A DNA stretch of 40,196 bases from assembly GCA_002269645.1 (NCBI GenBank), contig NIVC01003800.1:1-40196 (forward strand), read 5' to 3'. The stretch is from Macrostomum lignano (Eukaryota). Below the pieces are notes generated by a model. It saw only the letters and a list, made by a program, of their open reading frames with translations, was not told where the DNA came from and made no database searches. The position numbers and the translations under genes are program-made. Positions 1 through 10,567 of the stretch are shown here, one piece after another (the first letter of the stretch is position 1; each line of letters begins with the position of its first letter).

Positions 1-365
1 GCAGATTAGCAAGCACGACCCCAGATATTATAGAAGCATCCACCAGATAGCAAGCATTCTGCAGATAGCAAGCACCCCCAGATATTATAGAAGCATCCAC
101 CCAGATAGCAAGCATTCTGCAGATAGCAAGCACCCCCAGATATTATAGAAGCATCCTGCAGATAGCAAGCACCCCCAGATATTATAGAAGCATCCACCCA
201 GATAGCAAGCATCCTGCAGATAGCAAGAATCCCTAAATAGCAAGCATCCTGCAGATAGCAAGAATCCCTGAATAGCAAGCATCCCTGGATAGAAAGAATC
301 CCATGCATGTAGCCAGTACCCCTCTCCCAAATAGCAAGTATCCCCCCTCGAGAGCAAGCATCCAC
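1..365. repeat. Minisatellite, about 58-bp period built from three CAGATA-core subunits; runs off the window start
   Basis: GCAGATAGCAAGCACCCCCAGATATTATAGAAGCATCCACCCAGATAGCAAGCATTCT recurs at 61 and 119 and decays after about 240. Confidence 0.9.
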
Positions 366-493
366 GAGACAGCAAGTAGCTAGTGCAAATGTTACTTCCG
401 CTAATGCAATAATCGCTTTCTCAGGTTGTGCAACAATCCACGTCTCAGCGAGCGCAATAATCTCTTTTTAGACAGCGCAGTAATCAGCTTCTC

Positions 494-1856
494 AGCTAGT
501 GCAATAATCCTTGGTTTATTAATAGCAATAATCCTTGATTAATCAAGTGCAATAATCCTTGATTTATTAAGTGCAATAATCCTTGGTTTATCTAGCGCAG
601 TAATCCTTGGCTTATCAGGTGCAATAATCCTTGGTTTATCAAGTGAAATAATCCTTGGTTTATCAAGTGCAATAATCCTTGGCTTATCAACTGCAATAAT
701 CCTTGGTTTATCAAGCGCAGTAATCTTTGGCCTATCAAGTGCAATAATCCTTGGTTTATCAAGTGCAGTAATCCTTGGCCTATCAAGTGCAATAATCCTT
801 GGTTTATCAAGTGCAATAATCCTTGGTTTATCAAGTGTAATAATCCTTGGTTTATCAAGTGCAATAATCCTTGGCTTATCAAGTGCAATAATCCTTGGTT
901 TATCAAGTGCAATAATCCTTGGTTTATCAAGCGCAGTAATCCTTGGCCTATCAAGTGCAATAATCCTTGGCTTATCAAGTGCAATAATCCTTGGTTTATC
1001 AAGTGCAATAATCCTTGGTTTATCAAGTGCAGTAATCCTTGGCCTATCAAGTGCAATAATCCTTGGTTTGCCAAGAGCAATAATCCTTAGTTTATCGAGT
1101 GCAGTAATCCTTAGTTTTCCAAGTGCAGTAATCCTTGGTTTATTAAGAGCAATAATCCTTGGCTTATCGAGTGCAGTAATCCTTGGTTTGCCAAGAGCAA
1201 TAATCCTTGGTTTATCAAGTGCAATAATCCTTGGTTTATCAAGTGCAATAATCCTTGGTTTATCAAGTGCAATAATCCTTGGTTTATCAAGTGCAATAAT
1301 CCTTGGTTTATCAAGTGCAATAATCCTTTGTTTATCAAGTGCAATAATCCTTTGTTTATCAAGTGCAATAATCCTTGGTTTATCAAGCGCAGTAATCCTT
1401 GGCTTATCAAGTGCAATAATCCTTGGTTTGCCAAGAGCAATAGTCCTTGGTTTATCGAGTGCAGTAATCCTTGGTTTTCCAAGTGCAGTAATCCTTGGTT
1501 TATTAATAGCAATAATCCTTGGCTTCTTGAGTGCAGTAATCCTTGGTTTGCCAAGAGCAATAGTCCTTGGTTTATCGAGTGCAGTAATCCTTGGTTTTCC
1601 AAGTGCAATAATCCTTGGCTTCCTGAGTGCAGTAATCCTTGGTTTGCCAAGAGCAATAGTCCTTGGTTTATCGAGTGCAGTAATCCTTGGTTTTCCAAGT
1701 GCAGTAATCCTTGGTTTATTAATAGCAATAATCCTTGGCTTCTTGAGTGCAGTAATCCTTGGTTTGCCAAGAGCAATAGTCCTTGGTTTATCGAGTGCAG
1801 TAGTCCTTGGTTTATTAATAGCAATAATCCTTGGCTTATCGAGTGCAGTAATCTAA
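494..1856. repeat. 24-bp minisatellite (TCAAGTGCAATAATCCTTGGTTTA)n, about 56 copies, with higher-order variant blocks
   Basis: Unit visible directly. The 8-aa periodic ORFs (LINQGLLH / LGLSSAII) give a 24-nt period. Degenerate units extend back to about 400. Confidence 0.97.
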
Positions 1857-1914
1857 GTGTTTTTATTTAGTCCTTTAATAAAACCTTTTAATAAAATAAT
1901 TTACACTACTACTT

Positions 1915-1985
1915 TTAAACTACTTAGATTCGAACCTAGGTCGCTGCATTAGCAGTCTGGTCTGTTCAGCTCTAGGCTAGCTCTC
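1915..1985 (-). mobile_element. Degenerate tRNA-derived (SINE head-like) remnant
   Basis: Minus strand reads TAGCCTAGAG...GACTGCTAATG...GGTTCGAATC: A-box-like and B-box motifs plus an anticodon-loop-like CTGCTAA. No intact acceptor stem. Confidence 0.45.
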
Positions 1986-2444
1986 ATCGAAGTTATCAGT
2001 GATGTTGTACCACTTATATAATTCAACACTCACACCAAGTCAGGTAGAGTAAAAAGTCTCACGAAGCAGTTATGACATAATCAATTTCTTAGGCAAGTCA
2101 GTACCAGTGTCTATGAAAGTTTACAATATGGTTACGTAATATAAATTCAGTACTGCGCTATGCTTTCACACTCAAAGCTGTGACGCAATTCAATTGAGTG
2201 TCAAATTCAGCCAGTACACAGATGATAAATAAAGTGTATTGTGATGCAATCTATTTCAGAATCAGAATTCAACCAGTCAGTTTTTCTGCTAGCATTCTTA
2301 CGATGCATTTCAAGTCGAAAGAGCTGCTTGACCTTTGCAAAAAAGCATGTTTTTCGAATATTTAATCCCTTTAGCATCAAGCAATTTCTTAGCCACGATG
2401 CATGTACTGTCACGGGAAAATTTCTGATCGAACAGTGCAAGTTC

Positions 2445-2540
2445 GAAGAAAATCGGTTGAGCCGTTTTTGCTAAAATCGATCACACACACACACATACAC
2501 ACACACACATACCGACAGACCATTTTTAGTATATGGATAT
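2445..2540 (+). mobile_element. Helitron/HINE-like non-autonomous 3' end with (CA)n microsatellite
   Basis: GAAAATCGGTTGAGCCGTTTT, then (CA)n at about 2481-2510, then CAGACCATTTTTAGTATATGGAT. This layout resembles the 3' ends of Lep1/DINE-1-type elements (hairpin AAATCGG..CCGTTT, microsatellite, T-rich TATATAGAT-like end). Confidence 0.5.
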
Positions 2541-3244
2541 ATTGTAGCTCAATAGACAGTATTTCAGACTTCAGGTATTAAGCAAAAGCTATATAGGGGT
2601 CATTTTTGGACGTATGATTTAAAAGTATTCTAGACAATCCTTTCAAGCAACATTGTGACAGAAATTTTAATTAAAAATAAGCTTGATAAATGCCTTTGCG
2701 GTATTCTCTCCTTGGTTGACGCACTTTATCTTTAGCCACAGTGTCTGGAGAACTGCACACCCCGGCATAGAGGTAGGCTTCCTCTTTGCCATGACTGCAA
2801 TTTCCCGCACCTCTCAAGAAGTACAATAAAGTTAAAATTCCCAAGTCACAATCCGACCCCCCCCCCAGTGCATTGTGTAACGGTCAGCTCTTGTAGAGCA
2901 TCTAGCTTCATTTTGCTCTTCTGAAGATGTAGGTGTAGTAAGATCGAGAGAGTGTGCGCAGCTGCTAGTGAGTGATGAGTTTGCTTTGGGGGAGACGACG
3001 GGGTCTTGAGCACAGTGACTTGCTATATGTCAACTGGCTAATGTTATGCTAAGAAAGCAGACGGGACCCTAACTTGACAGACGTGGCTATATAAATGGTA
3101 AAGTAAGCAGGGGAAGCTGGAGAGAAACTGGAGGGAAGCAAGCAAGTGCTGAGCTCATACTGGAACGCAGACGAAGGAATTTCAAGTAAAAATTTGTACC
3201 CGAGACTCGCTAGACTTAGCAGTTGCTGCCTCACAACTAAAATA

Positions 3245-4943
3245 ATGGCAGCCAGGCGTAGAGCGCAAGAACGGGACTTCAATAGGCGCAGACGGCTGAT
3301 TCTGGACCGCGGCATCGACTTAGCCTACAATCAGAAGGACACGGCGTTCGGCGAATGCCTACTAAAGGTGAATGTGCGCGAGGGCACCAGATTGGAGAGG
3401 CGACAGTTGGCGTTAGCAAAGCAGCAGGGGCAGGTGGCGGCTCACCGGGACCAGGAGAAGAAGCGCTTTGTGGCGCTGCGCGATCAGGCAATCCGGGAGC
3501 CGACTCTGCTGCTGGAGAGACTGCCCAGTGCCGAGCAGTATCCGGACTTTATTGACATGAGCTTGCCCAGGTAAGGCCTTTGGTGCCGTGCTCACTCGTA
3601 GGTATGGATAGGATGCTTCAGATAGATTTCTATCAGTCTACAACCAAATGCAACGCCAGGGACTGTACGAGTGTGTTAGTGAGGGAAAGCAATATTGTTA
3701 CCGAGGGAGGCAGAGTGCGGTAAACACGAATGACTCTCGCGCGCCACGACCCCTGGTTCGATTCCGTGCGCGGCCGCATTCGTTTGGAGCTTTTGCGCAA
3801 AAATTGGCCGAGGGGATGCCGTGAGATCCAAACCCATGAAGGCCAGCCTCCAGGGTACAGAGAGTGTACATGCCTGACGATTGGAAGTAAAGACCGCTGT
3901 ACAACCCTGAACACAAGTAGAATTTAACGATCAAAAATCGCAAGGAAGCACCTCGAATTGACCTACGAAATGTGAAAAGCATCACTAGCATCAGCTATAG
4001 GGCAAATCGAAATAGAGCAAAAACCTTTGATCCCCTACCCCAGTATTGAAAATGATATAATATTAGTTAATTCAATCAGAAGATGGGAAGATTGCATTCA
4101 GGGAAAGTTTCCGCATAACTTCTGAAAGCTTATAGACTCTTTATGTTGTAAATGAATTGTAAATTTCGCGCTGCTTTGCAGGTTCATGCGCCCGCTGGAG
4201 GCGCGCCAGTCTAAGGCGCCGGAATTCGCCACACTGAGCGTGTTTCAAGCCGTGAAGAAACGCAAACGCAACCCCTGGGAGGAGGCGGTTCGATCTAAGG
4301 TCCAGTTCCGGCCGACCCTGTGCCCCTGTCCCCGCCTGAGCCGAGGCGACACAGAAAAGTTGACGGCCGACTGGGCCCAAGTGGCCGAGCTGCAGAGCCG
4401 GGCGCTGCAAAGTGGATCAGCGGTGAGCAAAACTGAAACAAATGCTGTGCGGTGTTTTCGATGCGGTTAATGCTTGACTCGAGTTGCTTTCAACGGCTGA
4501 CTGTAGCCACTCAATGTGAATGGGATGAGATTAATAAAACCATGCCTAAACAGTTATCACCGTAACTAAGGGGGGTTTGAGCCCAGTGATTAGAGCGTCG
4601 GACTCACGACTTGAAGGTCGGGGGTTCGATTCCCGATTCCACTGGAACAATTTGCATCCTTGAGCAAGACACTTAACTCTGCATTGCTTCAGTTCACCCA
4701 GCTGTAAAATGGGTACCAGCATTAGCTGGGGTAATTGAGGGTGTGTGGCGACCCCCTGCAGTCCTTGGACTGAACAGCCGTACGCAGCCTTCAGATGCGC
4801 CGTGCAATCAAAGACTACTTAAGTATACGTTACTTTAGTCGTCCTTGCGTGCAATAGCTGCGGCTGAGCTGTCGCTTGCACATCTGGCCCAATTGGGGCA
4901 GATGTAATCAATTATTATTATTAATTATTATCATTATTATTAA

Positions 4944-4974
<31 letters not shown>

Positions 4975-6201
4975 ATTATTATTATTAAGCTGAAATAAAC
5001 TTTCAAAAAGTGAAAAAGTAAAATAAAAATAACAGCTAATGAGTACTAACTTGTGTACTAACCGGCATGTGAAGCAGCCGTACCTGCACGTGCCTCAACC
5101 GCAGTAAACACAGCAGTTTTTCTTGGCTTATGGCTCAACTAAATCGAACATTCAATAAACCCCGACCTTAAATCTGAAAACTCACGCAGCCCTCAGCGCC
5201 GAATCGCTCGCTCACCACCAAGCCGTACGTCGCAAACCCGGCCACCAACCCGTTGGGTTTGCCGTCCCGCCTGAACTCAGCGTTGCATCGCCTGGCTCGC
5301 GACCTGTTCGACGATATGCCATCAACGTCTGGCGGCCTGGCGTCGGCTTCCTCCACGTCGGCAGCATCGAGGAAAAGTCCTCTGGCGCCGGTCGATGAGA
5401 CGCCGCAGCAGTCGCCGATTTTCATCACCCAGATGAGCAACGGACAGCTAAGAGGACCGAGTGAGCCGGTGTTCGACTTCGAGCGGCGAAGGAGCGACAG
5501 TCGGAGACGGGAGAAGGAACAGGTGAGCACTGGGTTGCTTGACCGTTGCAACGTGTGGCCCCCATGAGGGCCAATCCCAAGGCACAGAGAGTGTACATGC
5601 ATGAAGATTAGAAAGGGCCGCTGTACACCCTGTGTGAGCGTGTGTATGAGTGCGTGTCTGCGTAATTCTTGGCGCGCTTGAATGTGCTCAGGAGTCATTG
5701 AAATGGGGAGAATTGCCTCAGCTGTGCAACAGTGTCACCGAAGACGTTGCACCTATGTGCCCTTCTGAAAATATGCCGGTAACTATTTACTATCAAAAAC
5801 TACTTTGAGTAGCTGGGAAGCAAGTGAAACAGCACTAACTCTTGCCTATTCCACACGATTACAAGGCGGTGCGCAAGCAGCAAGTGGACCGCGCTCTCAC
5901 CAGCATTTACCAGCTGCTGGACGGTCGGCGCGCCGCCGGTCAGCCGCACCTGCGCTCAGTGAACAGCCGCCGCCACCGTGGCCTTCTCGACGAAGTCGGC
6001 GGAAACAACGACGAAGACGACGGTGTCGACGTTGATGACGAAGCGGCCCCGGTTGATTTCAGAAGTCAGCATCCAACAACGTGCAGGACGGCGGAGAATC
6101 AGCGAATCCTGACGGAGGCCAGGCGAAGCCGGGTTGTCGTCACGAGGAGGCGGCTGGTGCGGGCGATGAAGACAAGCAGCTTGGGAGTGCAGAGCGGCTG
6201 A
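3245..6201 (+). CDS. Uncharacterised basic/coiled-coil protein, 4 exons, about 410 aa
   Basis: Exons 3245-3570 (donor AG|GTAAGG, phase 2), 4182-4422 (TTGCAG| ... |GTGAGC), 5190-5522 (ACGCAG| ... |GTGAGC) and about 5866-6201 (acceptor uncertain: AAG at 5865 or CAG at 5880; CTAAC branch-like site at 5835). Phases are compatible and the exons match GC-rich ORFs 3146..3574, 4186..4470, 5253..5567 and 5842..6201. No recognised domain. Confidence 0.75.
3704..3912 (+). mobile_element. tRNA-derived SINE family A, old 3'-truncated copy (intron 1)
   Basis: B-box GGTTCGATTCC at about 3755, then the family body CCCATGAAGGCC...GAGTGTACATGCCTGAC...CGCTGTACAACCC. Confidence 0.8.
4570..4988 (+). mobile_element. 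tRNA-derived CORE-type SINE with (ATT)n tail (intron 2)
   Basis: A-box-like GAGCCCAGTGA and B-box GGTTCGATTCC (4623). About 4654-4716, CCTTGAGCAAGACACTTAACTCTGCATTGCTTCAGTTCACCCAGCTGTAAAATGGG closely parallels the MIR CORE consensus (CCTTGGGCAAGTCACTTAACCTCTCTGTGCCTCAGTTTCCTCATCTGTAAAATGGG). Ends in (ATT)n at 4911-4987. Confidence 0.8.
5560..5770 (+). mobile_element. SINE family A, headless diverged copy (intron 3)
   Basis: CCCATGAGGGCCAATCCCAAGGCACAGAGAGTGTACATGC...GGGCCGCTGTACACCCTGTGTGAG matches the family body. Confidence 0.8.
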
Positions 6202-7047
6202 GCCAATAATGCTGAGGACTTCTGCGCTACGAATATCTGAAGCCTGATTGATATTACGATTTACTCTCGTAAGAAAGTCTTTAAAAGAAAAAAGTTGTGT
6301 CCGATGTGTGTGACTTTAATCACCATAATGTTGTGAGCCCCGTCCTTCGGAGCGACGCCTACAGCTGAACCCTGTTGGGTAACTGCGAGCCCCAGGTCCC
6401 CAGTTAGAGCTCCCGTCCCGCGCCCTAAAGAGAAGCAGTAAAAATGTCAGAAAAGAACTGGCGAGCTTCCGTGCAAAGCCGATGCAGTCCACACTTGTTA
6501 TGGTAGACAAGAAGTTTGTTTTGAAGTAGCCAAAGATAGGACCAAGAGGACTCAAGACCGCGGCTGCCCACTAGACAGCAAAGGACCTGTCAACTTAGCT
6601 TAATCTCATAAATTGGAGCCCCAGTAACCTATGTACACAAATGCTACGTCATTCTGCTCACGGTGACACTAGGATTAACGGAAGCTGGGTTTGGCAAAAA
6701 ACGACGAAAACGAGCATATTGGACTTGGGATAGCCGGATAGGGGAGAACAAGCATGGGGATAATTAGGGACCCGACATCATGAGCTTAAGTTGACATGCC
6801 CTTTATTCTATATTTTTTATCTGACCTACGAGTACTTGAATACTAAGTACTTTAAGAACTAATGTACGGTACGGTAGGGCAGGTGGTGCGAGTGGCTTGC
6901 TCGGCGTACGCATTGATTATTGATTGGAGGGTTGGGCAGACTGGAAGGGTTGTTGGGGCGGGGCAGGAGGGCGGGCACGATTGCACAACAAAAAAATGGT
7001 CTGCGTTTTTGACATCGGATTGACCGGGTTGCTGAAATTTGAGCTTT

Positions 7048-7110
7048 CAGTGTCGAGTTAGCGATGAAAAAACCGGCGTCCCGGGGTTCGAATCCAGCGC
7101 CGGAGTCAGT
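7048..7110 (+). mobile_element. Degenerate tRNA-like/SINE head
   Basis: Perfect B-box GGTTCGAATCC enclosed by the inverted repeat CCGGCG...CGCCGG. Weak A-box upstream (GTGTCGAGTTAG). Confidence 0.35.
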
Positions 7111-7276
7111 CATTCGATAGTCAACGAGACTGAAAAATAATAAGCAAAGTCAATACTGAATTTCAGATTTCCCAGAATTTTTTCTCTCGTACTTGTGTTG
7201 CATGTTTATCCTGAACAGAAGTTTTTTTTTCTACTCGTACAACGAGATTTCGAGATCTATAACGGTGTTGCGGAAA

Positions 7277-7636
7277 GGGGGGCCGTAGCCCAGCGGTAGC
7301 GCAGCTGCTCTGGTGTGCCAGCGACCCAGACTCGATTCCAAGTGCAGTCACATTATTTTGGGGCTGAATTGGAATCTCGGCTTGGCTCTGCTCGTGCAAT
7401 TAACGGCCTTGAGAGCCAACCCCCCAAGGCGCAGTGAAGTGTACATGCCTAACGATAAAATAAAGTTGGGGCCGCTGTACACTCCTGTGTGAGTGTGTGC
7501 CTGCGTACGTATCCGCGCGCTTGTATGCCTGCTCAGGGGAGTCGGCGGAATGGGCAGTAATGCCTCTCGCCGGTTGTGTGCCAATGTCGCTTAAAGTGCG
7601 CCAGGGTGCACACAACCCCCCTGCCTCTAATAAAAA
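7277..7636 (+). mobile_element. SINE family A, full-length young copy with 16-bp TSD
   Basis: Head GGGGGCCGTAGCCCAGCGG...GACTCGATTCC, family body, and AATAAAAAAA tail. TSD AACGGTGTTGCGGAAA at 7261-7276 and 7637-7652. Confidence 0.95.
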
Positions 7637-7960
7637 AACGGTGTTGCGGAAAAATTAAAAAGAATAATTACTCTGTTTTGCATAGAAATTATAGGCTTAA
7701 TAAAGTGACTCGAAAATTACGCTCGTATAAATAATATGAGCAGCTTACGGGGTACTTTTATGCATAGTTTACTTATTTTCGTTTATTTATTTATAAAAGT
7801 ACATGTAGTAAGAGCGTAATATATCAAGTGTTAGAGTTTTTATATAGTCTTACAAATCGGTTATCAGTTTGACTGCTAACCTATTGTTTCTGAGAAGACT
7901 CAAAGGGGTAAACTAAATTACAATGAGTCTTAAAGAAAAGCGAACCCATATCATATACAG

Positions 7961-8244
7961 CAGAGGTGTCGCCATGGATTTTATGGTCGGGGATAAAGCC
8001 AAGAATTCTAAAAGACTAAACTCCTACATTATTTTAGGAATCCGTGTTGTTAGCACTCATTTTGGCGCCCAGACACTCATTTTGGCGCCAAAGGCGCTAT
8101 ATTTAGGCGCCCTGAAGCAAAAGAATTGGTTTCCATAATGGTTCACAAGGTGGGGCCAGGGGAAGCAAAATCATTGGCATGTCCCCTTATAGCTTTTACT
8201 GAGGGGGCATGCCCCCTGCCCCCCCCCCGGTGGCGACGCCCCTG
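7961..8244. mobile_element. hAT-type MITE (284 bp)
   Basis: 14-bp TIRs CAGAGGTGTCGCCA (7961) and TGGCGACGCCCCTG (8231-8244), with 2 mismatches. Perfect 8-bp TSD ATATACAG at 7953-7960 and 8245-8252. Confidence 0.88.
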
Positions 8245-8395
8245 ATATACAGTTTGATTGAATCTTTACTCAATCCAAGTTAGATCTCTATGGAATCCTA
8301 GATATATAATACCTATTACGAAACACTAATATATTAAGTTACTAGAATTCATAATAAACAAATGAACTCTCCAGTTAACTAAAGAAGCTGTAATT

Positions 8396-10257
8396 CTAAG
8401 AGAAATTCTCGCCCTCCGCCTCGCCGTCGTCTCCGTAGCCCATGATCCGGGCGAACTCCTCGTAGCTGACCTGTCCGTCTCGGTCCGTGTCCGCCTCTTC
8501 AATCATGGCGTCCACCTGCAAATTGGCTATTCATTGAACGATCAAAAGATTTCTCACTGACAGCCAAAGTAAAATGACGCTACACGTTTACTCTGCGAAA
8601 TTCATTAGAAAGTTGGGAAGTTTTCGCTCTTTTAGCACTTAACTGACACAAACCTCACCTTCTGAAGTTCCGCATTGCAAATCAAGCATGTGTGCGTTTG
8701 GTTCAATTTTTATTACACAAGTTGATGTAATTCTTTATTAGAGGCAGGGGCTGTGTGCACTTTTTAAGTGACATTGTCGCACGACCGGCGAGAGGCATTA
8801 CGAGTACTGCCCTTCCGCCGACGCCCCTGAGCAGGCACACAAGTCATAAGCACAGGCACACACTCACACAGGAGTGCACAGCGGCCCTAACTTTATATTA
8901 TCGTTCGGCATGTACACTTCACTGTGCCTTGGGGGTTGGCCCTCAAGGGCGTTAATTGCACAAGCAGAGCCAAGCCGAGATTCCAATTCAGCCGCAAACT
9001 CGGTCGAGGAAAATCCAAGAACTAGCAACAAAATACATTTTCAGCCAGTCAAGCGTGGGACAATGTCACAGGGCGCGTTTTAAGGCCTGGGCGCAAACGT
9101 AGGCCGCACCGCCGGCAGTTGTCCGGGGCGCCGGCATCAGCCAGCAGGCATTCGACGAAACGCCGAGTGCGCGCCTGCCCCTGCGGGTAGGGTGCCTGCA
9201 GCGTCAGCAGCAGCGCCTCCTGCACCGGCTGTGAGCAGTACGTCTCGGCTCGGATAATATGGACTGACAGCTGGAGTCGCCCACGTTGCAACAGTTCGCT
9301 GGGACGGAACAGGCCGGTGCCGCATTGGTGACTCGCTCGTAGCCGATCTTGAAGGCCAGCGTGCACCACATCGACCTGCTGTTCGAGCGATTCCGTCAGT
9401 GTCCAGGTCTCGGCGTTGTACAGCAGGACGGTCTCGATCACCGCCTGGAACAACGCCGCCCTCTGTGGGTCAGGCAGGGCCTCCGACTGTAGGGCAGCAC
9501 TCACGGAGCGGAAGGCAGCACAGGTAAGTCCACGGCGACGTCGCAGAGAAAGATGCAGCCAGTAACTATAAAGTCTCCAATAAGTTGCTTGCCTTCGGGT
9601 CTCTAGTAGCATTTTTAAAAAATAGCTTTATAAACACGTGAAAGAACTTTTGAAAAAAACACATGTTGACTTAATTTGCAATTCGGAAGTCCAGAAGGTG
9701 AGATATTGTCAACAAGGTGCTAAAAACATGAAAACCGCTTTTCTCGGTAACGATTAGCAAGTGTAGCAGCCAGCGGGGTTTCACCTCCTCCTTGGTGAGC
9801 CGCTCCCCCAGGTTCAGCATGACTTGGCGCAGCTCAGCGGGGCTCAGAAATCCGTCTCCGTCGGCGTCGAACAGGCGAAACGCCCGCCGCAGCTCGTCCT
9901 CGGAGTCGGCGTTGCGCATCTGCTTCTTCATCATCTCCAGGAACTCGTCGAACTCGATGCTGCCGGAGCCGTCCTGGTCAACTTCCTTGATCATCTCCTG
10001 CGTGTCGGGTGGAGATTGATTCGTTGCAGAAGACTATGCAAAAAAGAATTGATGTTTTCACCAGTAACCTTGAGCTCATCTGGCGTCGGCTGCTGACCGA
10101 GCGCCCGCATCACAACAGCCAGCTCCTTGTTGGTGATGGCGCCGTCTCCGTCCTTGTCAAATAGCGAGAATGCTTCCCGGAATTCGCCGATCTGATCTTC
10201 GGTCAGCTCGTCGCTGTTGCCACTGCCTCCGGGTCGACGAGCGCTTCCAGCAGACAT
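8396..10257 (-). CDS. Calmodulin-like protein, four canonical EF-hands, 173 aa, 3 coding exons
   Basis: Exons 10257-10069, 9997-9785 and 8515-8396, all phase 0 GT-AG. EF loops [36 protein letters not shown] and [12 protein letters not shown]. It has an N-terminal extension and an acidic tail and is too divergent for canonical CaM. A probable upstream UTR-exon donor (GTGAGT) lies at about 10591. Confidence 0.93.
8733..8998 (-). mobile_element. SINE family A, 5'-truncated copy lacking the tRNA head (calmodulin-like intron 2)
   Basis: Reverse complement aligns to the 7277 copy from GGCTGAATTGGAATCTCGGC through CCTCTAATAAA. Confidence 0.9.
9049..9612 (-). mobile_element. RTE-clade-like LINE fragment, C-terminal post-RT region
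   Basis: The ORF contains [24 protein letters not shown]...[10 protein letters not shown]...LLL...[17 protein letters not shown], the typical post-RT region of RTE-type ORFs (LLYGAETW; RRL.LAGH..R). 5'-truncated, with no RT catalytic core. Confidence 0.8.
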
Positions 10258-10348
10258 CTTCCGGGTGTTGAGTACGTTCTGGGTATTCAGTTTGCAGAGT
10301 ATTTAGAAACTTCACTTGAATCACTCAGGAACTGAATCATTAATGAGC

Positions 10349-10567
10349 TGAATCACTCATGAACCGAATCACTCATGAACTGAATCACTCATGAACTGAA
10401 TCACTCATGAACTGAATCACTCATGAACTGAATTACTCATGAACTGAATTACTCATGAACTGAATTACTCATGAACTGAATCACTCATGAACTGAATCAC
10501 TCATGAACTGAATCACTCATGAACCGAATCACTCATGAACTGAATCACTCATGTTCAATCACTCATG
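10349..10567. repeat. 16-bp minisatellite (TGAATCACTCATGAAC)n, about 13 copies
   Basis: Unit visible directly. Lies in the probable 5'-UTR intron of the calmodulin-like gene. Confidence 0.95.

Noticed and set aside
592-1870. Long Leu/Ile-rich ORFs on both strands
   Set aside because: They are by-products of a 24-bp tandem unit lacking stops in some frames. There is no unique coding sequence or splice context.
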